From assembly GCF_003790525.1 (NCBI RefSeq), contig NZ_CP033635.1: DNA of 64,000 nucleotides; one strand, written 5' to 3'. Source of the stretch: Escherichia coli (GTDB taxonomy: Bacteria > Pseudomonadota > Gammaproteobacteria > Enterobacterales > Enterobacteriaceae). The notes under the pieces were generated by a model, which saw only the letters and a program-made list of their open reading frames with translations, did no database searches and was not told where the DNA came from. Positions 8,718 to 17,964 of this stretch are shown in pieces. A program made the translations under genes and the position numbers. Positions within the stretch are counted from its first letter, which is position 1, and every line of letters begins with the position of its first letter.

Positions 8718-10211
8718 TTAGCCCCAGGTTACCGCTTCCGGTTTATCACCTCTGGCTTTCATTAATGAATCATTATCAATATCGGCTTTATACTTTAAGA
8801 ACTTACCATACATTTGTTTTTCAATGTCTGGATTTTTACCTATCTGATTAATGGTCTCAAAACGATCGGTTTTGAGGTTGTATAGGTACTTTGGCTTATT
8901 GTTACGATCGATGATCATTTTCCAGTCACCATCACGTATCGCCCATTCGTCGGTTGGATCATCCTGGAATGGCATGTCAATTCCGAAGATTAATGGCTTT
9001 TCACGTTTTAGCGCTTTGTTCTCAAGGACAGGAACCAACGATTCGCCATCAAAAGTCCGGTCCGTCGGTAATTTGAAGTTCATCATTTTCGCCAGCGTAG
9101 GCATCCAGTCCAGACCATAAACAGGCGTATCTGAAACCATTCCCTTTGGAAGATGCTTTCCGTATTTAATAATCGCCGGAACACGGATGCCACCTTCCCA
9201 GAGATTATCCTTGCGACCACGTAATCCATCAGTTTCCCCTGCCAAATTCAGTTCATAAACTTTGCGCGCTTCACGCGTTACTGGTCCGTTATCACTGGTA
9301 AAAATAACGATGGTGTTATCTTCTTCACCCATCGCTTTGATTTTATCCAGTACTTTTCCAACCTGAGCATCCAGATAACTGATGTTGGCATAATATTCTC
9401 CTGTACCACGCCAGGGTTTATCCGCCCAGTCGCCATAAAATAAATCAGGATGCTGCTTCTGATAGTCGCTCATATATTGTGAGTACATGTCGAGGTATTT
9501 TTTGGGCGAAGCCAGGGGACTGTGCACTTCGGTAAAAGCGACATAAAGGAAGAAAGGCTTACTGTCCTTTTTGTTATCCAACCAGTTGACGACTTCCGAA
9601 CTGACATACTCACCACTCATTTTATCGGAACGTGGTGTGGGTTGCCCGTTACGCAACCAGCCCGTTGGATAGACCATGCCAAAACGGGGACGCTCCTTCG
9701 CATTATCCAGAGTAGCGTCGGTAACAAAACCCGCCGTATTAACCAGTGAGTAATCAAAGCCCATATCTTTTGCCTGCGGCTGATCGGTGCGATCGCCGCC
9801 TGCATTCAGATGCAGCTTACCCATCATGGCCGTGTCGTACCCTTGCGCTTTGAGTAGATTAGCAATCGTGAGTTCATTACGCCCTAATGCCACATCTTTT
9901 CCCGTTGGGATCCATGAGCGTATGCCGGTACGAAATGGCATCCGCCCTGTTAATAGTCCCGCCCGTGAAGGAGAACTTAAGGGGGCAGGTGCATAATAGT
10001 CGGTAAATTTGACGCCTTCCTGGGCAAGCCTGTCTATATTGGGCGTTTTAACGATCTGATGTCCATATGTTGCCAAATCACCATAGCCTAAATCATCCGC
10101 CATAATGATGACTAAATTGGGTTGTTTAGTTTCGGCGGCTACGGCTGGATTAAAAGCATTCCCTGTGCAAACTGCAAGGCCGATCAAACTGGCCATTAAT
10201 GTTTTCTGCAT
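8718..10211 (-). CDS. Secreted sulfatase (arylsulfatase family), Ser-type active-site motif SSPSR, ~497 aa
   Basis: Sulfatase signature PNLVIIMADDLGYGDL, active-site block PLSSPSRAGLLTGR (Ser at the formylglycine position), second signature GYDTAMMGKLH; N-terminal signal peptide MQKTLMASLIGLAVCTGNA; start chosen at ATG 10211 with AGGGA RBS (track ORF extends to 10247). Confidence 0.85.
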   Translation of the reverse strand: MQKTLMASLIGLAVCTGNAFNPAVAAETKQPNLVIIMADDLGYGDLATYGHQIVKTPNIDRLAQEGVKFTDYYAPAPLSSPSRAGLLTGRMPFRTGIRSWIPTGKDVALGRNELTIANLLKAQGYDTAMMGKLHLNAGGDRTDQPQAKDMGFDYSLVNTAGFVTDATLDNAKERPRFGMVYPTGWLRNGQPTPRSDKMSGEYVSSEVVNWLDNKKDSKPFFLYVAFTEVHSPLASPKKYLDMYSQYMSDYQKQHPDLFYGDWADKPWRGTGEYYANISYLDAQVGKVLDKIKAMGEEDNTIVIFTSDNGPVTREARKVYELNLAGETDGLRGRKDNLWEGGIRVPAIIKYGKHLPKGMVSDTPVYGLDWMPTLAKMMNFKLPTDRTFDGESLVPVLENKALKREKPLIFGIDMPFQDDPTDEWAIRDGDWKMIIDRNNKPKYLYNLKTDRFETINQIGKNPDIEKQMYGKFLKYKADIDNDSLMKARGDKPEAVTWG

Positions 10212-10230
10212 AATTATTCCCTGATGAAAA

Positions 10231-10992
10231 TTAGAAATCATAACCAAGCATATAAATCATTTGATCGCCAAAACCATCGTAGCCCAACTTATTATCGAAA
10301 TAACGCCACGTCACACTGGCTTTCCAGCGAGGATAGAACTTCCAGGCCACTGTTAAACCGCCATTTAGCCCATTCCGACCAAATTGTTGTTCCGCATAGG
10401 CATCATTTCTGTCCAGTTCTATTTCATTCCAGTTAGATAAAACAAATTTTTCGTCAAATAACGTAAAAGGTAATACTGCTGTCCAGCCAACAACATAACC
10501 ATTCCAGCCATTTGTTTGTCCATATTTGGCTGAGACGTAGTCTCCAGATTGATTATGTAATCCAATATACGGTTTAAAAAACCCCCATGAACCATTCCAG
10601 CCGAGGTAGCCCAAACCATAAAACATATCAAGATCGTCACCCCATGAGTTATCCCATTGACCATAGATCTTGCCAAAGAAAGTCATATTGGAGTCAAAGA
10701 GTCTGACATGTGTCATAGCAGAAACGGTATGATTACGCCCCGCTACGGCATGGTTAAGCACATTGCTTTCATAAAATGAGTAAAACTCGGCTTCTTTAAA
10801 ATTCACACCAAAGTCTGCAGTCACTTTCCATACTTCACCACGATGAGTGTTAACGAAGCCACTATTCCAGTCAGCATAACCTGCATTTATTGAGCCAAAG
10901 GAACCTTTATATTCTAATGAAGAATATGCAGGAAGGTGATAGAAAATCGTTGTCAGGGCACACGCAATAAGAAGCCGTCTTTTGGCAGACAT
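10231..10992 (-). CDS. Tsx/OmpK-like outer-membrane channel protein, 253 aa
   Basis: Signal peptide MSAKRRLLIACALTTIFYHLPAYS, Trp/Tyr/Gly-rich beta-barrel-like sequence, C-terminal Phe; WDNSWGDDLD block resembles Tsx; GGAGAG RBS; ends 19 bp upstream of the sulfatase start. Confidence 0.7.
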   Translation of the reverse strand: MSAKRRLLIACALTTIFYHLPAYSSLEYKGSFGSINAGYADWNSGFVNTHRGEVWKVTADFGVNFKEAEFYSFYESNVLNHAVAGRNHTVSAMTHVRLFDSNMTFFGKIYGQWDNSWGDDLDMFYGLGYLGWNGSWGFFKPYIGLHNQSGDYVSAKYGQTNGWNGYVVGWTAVLPFTLFDEKFVLSNWNEIELDRNDAYAEQQFGRNGLNGGLTVAWKFYPRWKASVTWRYFDNKLGYDGFGDQMIYMLGYDF

Positions 10993-11499
10993 ATAATATG
11001 CTCTCCATTCATTTTTTTTATGGTTCCATAGAAATCAATACATCAGATAATTCATTTTGATTAAGAACGACTCAGAAAGTATATTTAAAGGTGAATGGCA
11101 AAGCGTGATGGAGATCGCAGATTACTTTTACCCCCGGGTGTGGAGGTATCGTGTTTCAAAAAGTGTGTCGATTTTAAATATCACTCATTGATTTATAAAC
11201 ATTTTTCCTCACAAAAAGAAAATTCAATTCTGTACAAGAATATTTTGTATCTTCTATTACTTTCTCCAGTAATAACTCACCATTCAGGCATAACTTAAAC
11301 CTCTTGTTCATAATCTCAACTTTTGTAAATGAAAACGCACATAAGAGTTAAAATAAACAATGTACTAAAGATTGATTACGCAAAAATGCGAGGCGTCTTC
11401 AGGATTAGAATCGATAAAACAGAATGGGTTAAAGAGAGCGATATAATAGCGGCGGGTGCTTGAGGCTGTCTGTCTCAGGCATTAGCTGAACGGCAGATA

Positions 11500-11560
11500 G
11501 AGAAAAGCCCCGAGTGATATTTTACCATCAACCCGAGGCCCCCTATATGCAGAACACATG
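11500..11560 (-). ncRNA. sokC: sokC antisense RNA of the hokC/mokC type I toxin-antitoxin locus (approximate position)
   Basis: Placed by analogy with K-12, where sokC is antisense to the mokC start; not independently verified from the sequence. Confidence 0.35.
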
Positions 11561-11756
11561 TAGAGTGCCTCTTACTGACCGTAAGGTCAAGGAGAAGAGA
11601 GCAATGAAGCAGCATAAGGCGATGATTGTCGCCCTGATCGTCATCTGTATCACCGCCGTAGTGGCGGCGCTGGTAACGAGAAAAGACCTCTGTGAGGTTC
11701 ACATCCGAACTGGCCAGACGGAGGTTGCTGTTTTCACGGCTTACGAATCCGAGTAA
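11547..11756 (+). CDS. mokC: mokC, overlapping reading frame that couples hokC translation (69 aa)
   Basis: In-frame upstream ATG giving MQNTCRVPLTDRKVKEKRA fused to the HokC sequence. Confidence 0.6.
   Translation: MQNTCRVPLTDRKVKEKRAMKQHKAMIVALIVICITAVVAALVTRKDLCEVHIRTGQTEVAVFTAYESE
11604..11756 (+). CDS. hokC: Hok/Gef-family small membrane toxin HokC (50 aa)
   Basis: Translation MKQHKAMIVALIVICITAVVAALVTRKDLCEVHIRTGQTEVAVFTAYESE; 3' hairpin ggcgggg(agtgat)ccccgcc at 11764-11783. Confidence 0.85.
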   Translation: MKQHKAMIVALIVICITAVVAALVTRKDLCEVHIRTGQTEVAVFTAYESE

Positions 11757-11859
11757 GAGCAACGGCGGGGAGTGATCCCCGCCACTTTACAGGTGCTCGC
11801 ATATCTTCAACGCACCCTATTTTTACCCTGGCCTGCCCACGGGCAGGCTTTTGGGGAGG

Positions 11860-12990
11860 TTAGCGAGTCAGGTCGTCAAAAAACTTCTTCACACCATCAA
11901 AGAAGCTCTTTGAACGCGGGCTGTTGTGCTCGCCGGTTGGGCCACCGAAGCTTTCCTGCAGCTCTTGCAGCAGCTGTTTCTGCTTCTCGTTCAGACCTAC
12001 CGGTGTTTCGACGACAACGCGGCACAGCAAGTCCCCTTGCGCACCGCCGCGAACAGACTTGACGCCTTTACCACGCATACGGAACAGCTTACCGGTCTGG
12101 GTTTCGCCAGGCACTTTCAGTTTGACGCGACCATCAAGGGTCGGTACTTCGATTTCGCCACCCAGCGCTGCCATCGCGAAGTTGATCGGGACTTCGCAAT
12201 ACAGGTTGTTACCTTCACGCTCGAAAATCGGGTGCTGTTTAACCTGAACCTGAACGTACAGATCGCCTGCCGGTGCGCCATGCTCGCCCGCTTCACCTTC
12301 GCCCGCAAGACGGATGCGGTCTCCAGTGTCCACCCCTGCCGGGATTTTAACGGACAGCGTTTTGCTGCGCTCAACACGACCATGACCATGACATTTGTTG
12401 CACGGATCTTTGATCAGCGTACCGCGGCCCTGACAGTGTGGACAGGTCTGCTGTACAGCGAAGAAGCCCTGGCGCATCTGCACCTGACCAGAACCATGAC
12501 AGGTCGGACAGGTCTGCGGCTGTGTACCTGGTTTTGCACCGCTACCGTGGCAAACGTCACACTCTTCCAGAGTCGGAATGCGGATCTCTTTGGTCACGCC
12601 ACGTACAGCTTCTTCGAGGGTGAGCTCCATGTTATAGCGTAAATCAGCACCGCGCGCCGCACGTTGACGACCACGTCCGCCGCCAAAAATATCGCCGAAA
12701 ACGTCACCAAAAATATCGCTGAAGTCTGCGCCGCCGCCAAAACCGCCGCCGCCCATGCCGCCTTGCTCAAACGCAGCATGACCATACTGATCGTATGCCG
12801 CACGTTTTTGCGAGTCGGTCAGAACTTCATAAGCTTCCTTGATCTCTTTAAATTTCGCCTCGGCCTCTTTGTCACCCTGGTTACGGTCCGGGTGGTATTT
12901 CATGGCCAGGCGTTTGTAGGCCTTTTTGATTTCACGCTCTTCCGCTGTTTTGGAAACGCCTAAAATCTCGTAATAATCTTGCTTAGCCAT
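11860..12990 (-). CDS. dnaJ: Chaperone DnaJ (Hsp40)
   Basis: Translation from [47 protein letters not shown]...; 376 aa; Gly-rich and CxxCxGxG zinc-finger repeats. Confidence 0.96.
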
Positions 12991-13078
12991 CTTTTTTAAA
13001 TTGCCCCTAGATGAATGCACGGGCGGAGAGGAAATTCCCCTTCGCCCGTGTCAGTATAATTACCCGTTTATAGGGCGA

Positions 13079-14995
13079 TTATTTTTTGTCTTTGACTTCT
13101 TCAAATTCAGCGTCGACAACATCGTCATCTTTCGCGTTGTTTGCAGAAGCATCAGCACCGGCAGTCTGCTGCTGGGCATGTTGCTGCTGGGCGATTTCCA
13201 TCAGTTTCTGGGAAACCTGTGCCAGTTCCTGCATTTTCGCTTCGATAGCGGCTTTGTCTTCACCTTTCAGAGCAGTTTCCAGTGCAGTCAGTGCAGACTC
13301 GATAGCAGTTTTGTCGTCAGCCGGCAGTTTGTCGCCTGCTTCTTCAACCTGCTTACGGGTGCTGTGCAGCAGATGGTCGCCCTGGTTGCGAGTCTGTACC
13401 AGCTCTTCAAACTTACGGTCAGCTTCGGCGTTAGCTTCTGCGTCGCGTACCATTTTCTGGATTTCATCTTCGTTCAGACCAGAAGAAGCCTTGATGGTGA
13501 TCTTCTGCTCTTTACCGCTGTTTTTATCTTTCGCGGAAACGTGCAGGATACCGTCAGCATCGATATCGAAGGTAACTTCGATCTGCGGCATGCCGCGCGG
13601 TGCCGGGTTGATACCATCCAGGTTGAACTGACCCAGAGATTTGTTATCAGCCGCACGTTTACGTTCACCCTGCAGCACGTGGATGGTTACCGCAGACTGG
13701 TTGTCTTCAGCGGTAGAGAACACCTGGCTGTGCTTGGTCGGGATAGTGGTGTTTTTCGCGATCAGCGTCGTCATCACACCGCCCATGGTTTCGATACCCA
13801 GAGACAGCGGGGTAACGTCCAGCAGCAGTACGTCTTTCACGTCACCAGTCAGAACACCACCCTGAACAGCAGCACCGATTGCTACAGCTTCGTCCGGGTT
13901 AACGTCTTTACGCGGCTCTTTACCAAAGAATTCAGCAACTTTCTTCTGAACCATTGGCATACGAGTCTGACCACCAACGAGGATAACGTCGTCGATATCA
14001 GATACGGACAGGCCAGCGTCCTGCAGTGCAACTTTCAGCGGCTCAATGGAACGGTTTACCAGATCTTCAACCAGGCTTTCCAGTTTCGCACGAGTCACTT
14101 TGATGTTCATGTGTTTCGGACCGGTCGCGTCTGCAGTGATGTACGGCAGGTTAACGTCGGTCTGCTGAGCGGAAGACAGTTCGATTTTCGCTTTTTCTGC
14201 CGCTTCTTTCAGGCGCTGCATTGCCAGCGGATCGTTGCGCAGGTCAATGCCCTGATCTTTCTTGAATTCTTCAACCAGGTAGTTGATCAGACGGCTGTCG
14301 AAGTCTTCACCCCCCAGGTGGGTATCACCGTTGGTTGCCAGAACTTCGAAGGTTTTTTCGCCGTCAACTTCGTCGATTTCGATAATAGAAATATCGAAAG
14401 TACCACCACCCAGGTCATAAACCGCGATAGTACGGTTGCCAGTACCTTTGTCCAGACCGTAAGCCAGCGCAGCTGCGGTCGGTTCGTTGATGATACGTTT
14501 TACTTCCAGACCAGCGATACGGCCTGCGTCTTTGGTTGCCTGACGCTGAGCATCGTTAAAGTATGCCGGTACGGTGATAACAGCTTCAGTTACCGGTTCA
14601 CCCAGGTAATCTTCAGCGGTTTTCTTCATTTTTTTCAGCACTTCAGCAGAGATCTGCGGCGGTGCCATTTTCTGGCCTTTAACTTCGACCCATGCGTCGC
14701 CGTTATCAGCAGCAATAATTTTGAACGGCATGATGGAAACATCACGCTGTACTTCTTCGTCCTGGAAGCGGCGGCCAATCAGGCGTTTAATCGCAAACAG
14801 GGTGTTTTGCGGGTTCGTCACTGCCTGACGTTTAGCCGGCTGACCAACCAGAGTTTCACCATCCTGGGTATAGGCAATGATAGAAGGCGTGGTGCGATCG
14901 CCTTCGGCGTTCTCCAGTACACGAGGAGTGGTGCCATCCATAATCGCTACACAAGAGTTGGTAGTACCCAGGTCGATACCAATTATTTTACCCAT
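13079..14995 (-). CDS. dnaK: Chaperone DnaK (Hsp70)
   Basis: 638-aa translation [43 protein letters not shown]... Confidence 0.97.
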
Positions 14996-15042
14996 CTAAA
15001 CGTCTCCACTATATATTCGGTCATCATGTGGTTGTGAGTCTG

Positions 15043-15069
15043 TAATAGGGGCGAAACGTCTGGTTTCAA
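15043..15069 (-). promoter_or_regulatory. dnaK heat-shock promoter P2 (sigma-32 type)
   Basis: Minus strand reads TTGAAA-N14-CCCCTATTA, matching the sigma-32 consensus. Confidence 0.6.
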
Positions 15070-15117
15070 CTGCCCAATTTCATTTTTTTGCAGACTCACT
15101 CACTGCGGTTGACTACT

Positions 15118-15146
15118 AAATGGGGTCGTAACCCACGTCATCAAGG
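15118..15146 (-). promoter_or_regulatory. dnaK heat-shock promoter P1 (sigma-32 type)
   Basis: Minus strand reads CTTGATGACGTGGGTTACGACCCCATTT, i.e. a TTGA -35 element and a CCCCATTT -10 element. Confidence 0.65.
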
Positions 15147-15370
15147 GGGAGATGCAAAAATTTTTTGTGCTTTTGCGCAGAAATTTCGCGATATGGCAGG
15201 ACAAGACATGAAACTGACCGCAATTTTATTCATATAGAGAATGAATGACAGCCAAGACATTCATAGAAAAATTGTAATAAAAAGAAAATATTACGTACCT
15301 GAATCTTCTCTTTATCAGCAGTAAACTAGTGGGTATTCATCCCCTACCTCTCCCTACTAAGAGAATCCTT

Positions 15371-15775
15371 ATGAAATCCGTTTTTACGCTTTCCGCCAGC
15401 CTGGCGATTAGCCTGCTGCTGTGCTGCACGGCGCAGGCAAACGACCATAAAATCCTCGGCGTCATTGCAATGCCGCGAAACGAAACCAACGATCTGGCGC
15501 TGAAACTTCCTGTTTGTCGCATTGTTAAACGCATTCAACTCACTGCCGACCATGGCGATTTACAGTTAAGTGGTGCATCGGTTTATTTCAAAGCCGCCCG
15601 TAGCGCCAGTCAGAGCCTGAATATTCCTTCAGAAATAAAAGAAGGGCAAACCACTGACTGGATCAACATTAACAGCGATAACGACAATAAACGCTGCGTC
15701 TCAAAAATCACCTTTTCCGGCCATACGGTGAACTCATCGGATATGGCCACGCTGAAAATTATCGGCGACGACTAA
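15371..15775 (+). CDS. yaaI: Secreted protein YaaI (DUF2541), 134 aa
   Basis: Translation [30 protein letters not shown]... with signal peptide; track ORF begins 14 codons upstream. Confidence 0.85.
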   Translation: MKSVFTLSASLAISLLLCCTAQANDHKILGVIAMPRNETNDLALKLPVCRIVKRIQLTADHGDLQLSGASVYFKAARSASQSLNIPSEIKEGQTTDWININSDNDNKRCVSKITFSGHTVNSSDMATLKIIGDD

Positions 15776-15799
15776 CGCCAGAATATAGAAGCAAAAAAA

Positions 15800-16513
15800 A
15801 TGAATGTTAATTACCTGAATGATTCAGATCTGGATTTTCTCCAGCATTGTAGTGAGGAACAATTGGCAAATTTCGCCCGGCTGCTCACCCATAATGAAAA
15901 AGGCAAAACTCGCCTCTCCAGCGTACTGATGCGCAACGAACTGTTTAAATCGATGGAAGGACATCCCGAGCAACACCGCCGCAACTGGCAGCTGATTGCC
16001 GGAGAATTACAACATTTTGGTGGCGATAGTATCGCCAACAAACTGCGCGGACACGGTAAATTGTATCGGGCCATTTTGCTCGATGTTTCAAAACGATTGA
16101 AGCTGAAAGCCGACAAAGAGATGTCTACGTTTGAAATTGAGCAACAGTTACTGGAACAATTTCTGCGTAATACCTGGAAGAAAATGGACGAGGAACATAA
16201 GCAGGAGTTTCTGCACGCGGTCGATGCCAGGGTGAATGAGCTGGAAGAGCTGCTGCCGCTGCTGATGAAAGACAAATTATTGGCAAAAGGCGTGTCGCAT
16301 TTGCTTTCCAGCCAATTGACCCGCATTTTACGCACCCACGCAGCAATGAGCGTACTTGGGCATGGTTTGCTGCGCGGCGCGGGGCTGGGAGGCCCTGTAG
16401 GCGCGGCACTAAATGGGGTTAAAGCGGTCAGCGGCAGCGCCTATCGCGTGACGATTCCAGCCGTACTGCAAATCGCCTGCCTGCGCCGGATGGTTAGTGC
16501 CACTCAGGTCTGA
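15800..16513 (+). CDS. yaaW: Uncharacterised protein YaaW (237 aa)
   Basis: 237-aa ORF MNVNYLNDSDLDFLQHCSEEQLANFARLLTHNEKGKTRL...; position and length match K-12 yaaW. Confidence 0.85.
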   Translation: MNVNYLNDSDLDFLQHCSEEQLANFARLLTHNEKGKTRLSSVLMRNELFKSMEGHPEQHRRNWQLIAGELQHFGGDSIANKLRGHGKLYRAILLDVSKRLKLKADKEMSTFEIEQQLLEQFLRNTWKKMDEEHKQEFLHAVDARVNELEELLPLLMKDKLLAKGVSHLLSSQLTRILRTHAAMSVLGHGLLRGAGLGGPVGAALNGVKAVSGSAYRVTIPAVLQIACLRRMVSATQV

Positions 16514-16661
16514 TACCGGAAACCGGGGAAAATTTTCATTTTCCCTTCAAAAGATCGTAGACACTGCCCCACTGGCTGATTATTATGCCGCGCCCTGAAA
16601 ACACTACAGTTATTCAGGGAAATTATTTCACCATTCATTCGATGATGATTTTTGAGGAATT

Positions 16662-17228
16662 ATGGGCAACACTAAGTTGGCTAATCCGGCACCGCTGGGC
16701 CTGATGGGCTTCGGCATGACCACCATTCTGCTTAACCTGCACAACGTGGGTTATTTCGCTCTTGACGGTATTATTCTTGCAATGGGCATTTTCTACGGCG
16801 GCATCGCGCAAATTTTTGCTGGTCTGCTGGAGTACAAAAAAGGCAACACTTTCGGTTTAACCGCATTCACCTCTTACGGTTCTTTCTGGCTGACGCTGGT
16901 TGCGATTCTGCTGATGCCGAAACTGGGTCTGACCGATGCGCCAAATGCACAGTTCCTTGGTGTCTACCTGGGTCTGTGGGGCGTATTTACGCTGTTTATG
17001 TTCTTCGGCACGCTGAAAGGCGCACGCGTTCTGCAATTCGTTTTCTTTAGCCTGACCGTGCTGTTTGCCCTGCTGGCGATCGGTAACATTGTCGGTAATG
17101 CCGCGATCATCCACTTTGCCGGCTGGATTGGTCTGATCTGCGGTGCCAGCGCAATCTATCTGGCGATGGGTGAAGTGCTGAACGAGCAGTTTGGTCGCAC
17201 CGTTCTGCCGATTGGTGAATCGCACTAA
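16662..17228 (+). CDS. satP: Succinate-acetate/proton symporter SatP (YaaH)
   Basis: 188-aa membrane protein MGNTKLANPAPLGLMGFGMTTILLNLHNVGYF... Confidence 0.93.
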   Translation: MGNTKLANPAPLGLMGFGMTTILLNLHNVGYFALDGIILAMGIFYGGIAQIFAGLLEYKKGNTFGLTAFTSYGSFWLTLVAILLMPKLGLTDAPNAQFLGVYLGLWGVFTLFMFFGTLKGARVLQFVFFSLTVLFALLAIGNIVGNAAIIHFAGWIGLICGASAIYLAMGEVLNEQFGRTVLPIGESH

Positions 17229-17238
17229 TTGTTTTGAG

Positions 17239-17268
17239 ATCCCCCCGCCCGGGGGGATTTTTTTATTC
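17239..17268 (+). terminator. satP intrinsic terminator
   Basis: atcccccc(gccc)ggggggat hairpin followed by TTTTTTTATT. Confidence 0.55.
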
Positions 17269-17850
17269 GCTAACTTCGCGTCTTGCACTCTTCGGTCTGA
17301 ATGCAGCAACCACTTCCGGTGCCGTTTCAACGTATGGCCCTTCCAGCAACTGAATGCAGTACGGTACGCTGGCAAAAATACCGTGCACCACAACGTTACC
17401 CTCAGCGTCCTTTACACCTTCCAGCGTCTCTTTAATCGACTTCGGCTGACCGGGTAAGTTAAGGATCAGCGCCTGTTTGCGAATCACACCCACCTGACGA
17501 GAAAGGATCGCAGTTGGTACAAAATGCAGGCTGATCTGGCGCATCTGTTCACCAAAGCCTGGCATCTCGCGGTCCGCTACTGCCAGCGTCGCATCGGGCG
17601 TTACGTCACGACGCGCCGGGCCAGTTCCGCCCGTGGTGAGCACCAGATGGCAACTCATTTCATCCACCAGCTCACACAACGTTTGCTCGATGATCGCCTG
17701 CTCATCGGGGATTAAGCGGGTTTCCAGTTCAAACGGCGTGGTTAGCGCCGATGTCAGCCATTCTTCCAGCGCAGGGATGCCTTTATCCTGATAAACGCCG
17801 CTGGATGCGCGATCAGAGATGGAAACTAAGCCAATACGTAAAGTATTCAT
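17263..17850 (-). CDS. mog: Molybdopterin adenylyltransferase Mog
   Basis: Translation MNTLRIGLVSISDRASSGVYQDKGIPALEEWL...; 195 aa. Confidence 0.93.
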   Translation of the reverse strand: MNTLRIGLVSISDRASSGVYQDKGIPALEEWLTSALTTPFELETRLIPDEQAIIEQTLCELVDEMSCHLVLTTGGTGPARRDVTPDATLAVADREMPGFGEQMRQISLHFVPTAILSRQVGVIRKQALILNLPGQPKSIKETLEGVKDAEGNVVVHGIFASVPYCIQLLEGPYVETAPEVVAAFRPKSARREVSE

Positions 17851-17964
17851 CAAGATTTTTCCGTTTAAACAGTCTCGTTAAACAGAATGATACACTGCGA
17901 AGGGAGTGACAGACAGGCTTCAGAAGAGGTAGCGTGACCGACTTCCCGGTCACGCTAAGAATGA

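Noticed and set aside
11926-12642. 238-aa + strand ORF antisense to dnaJ
   Set aside because: Entirely inside dnaJ on the opposite strand; low-complexity translation; same codon-bias artefact.
13001-15037. 678-aa ORF on the + strand covering the whole of dnaK in antisense
   Set aside because: A long stop-free antisense frame is a recognised artefact of the codon and GC3 bias of hsp70 genes. The translation is low-complexity (Cys/Phe/Val/Arg-rich), has no RBS context, and the sense strand encodes bona fide DnaK.
15811-16335. 174-aa minus-strand ORF antisense to yaaW, at the position of the disputed K-12 annotation mbiA/htgA
   Set aside because: Completely overlapped by yaaW on the other strand, and the Ser/Cys-rich translation looks non-protein-like. 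Not called; ribosome profiling would be needed to revisit.
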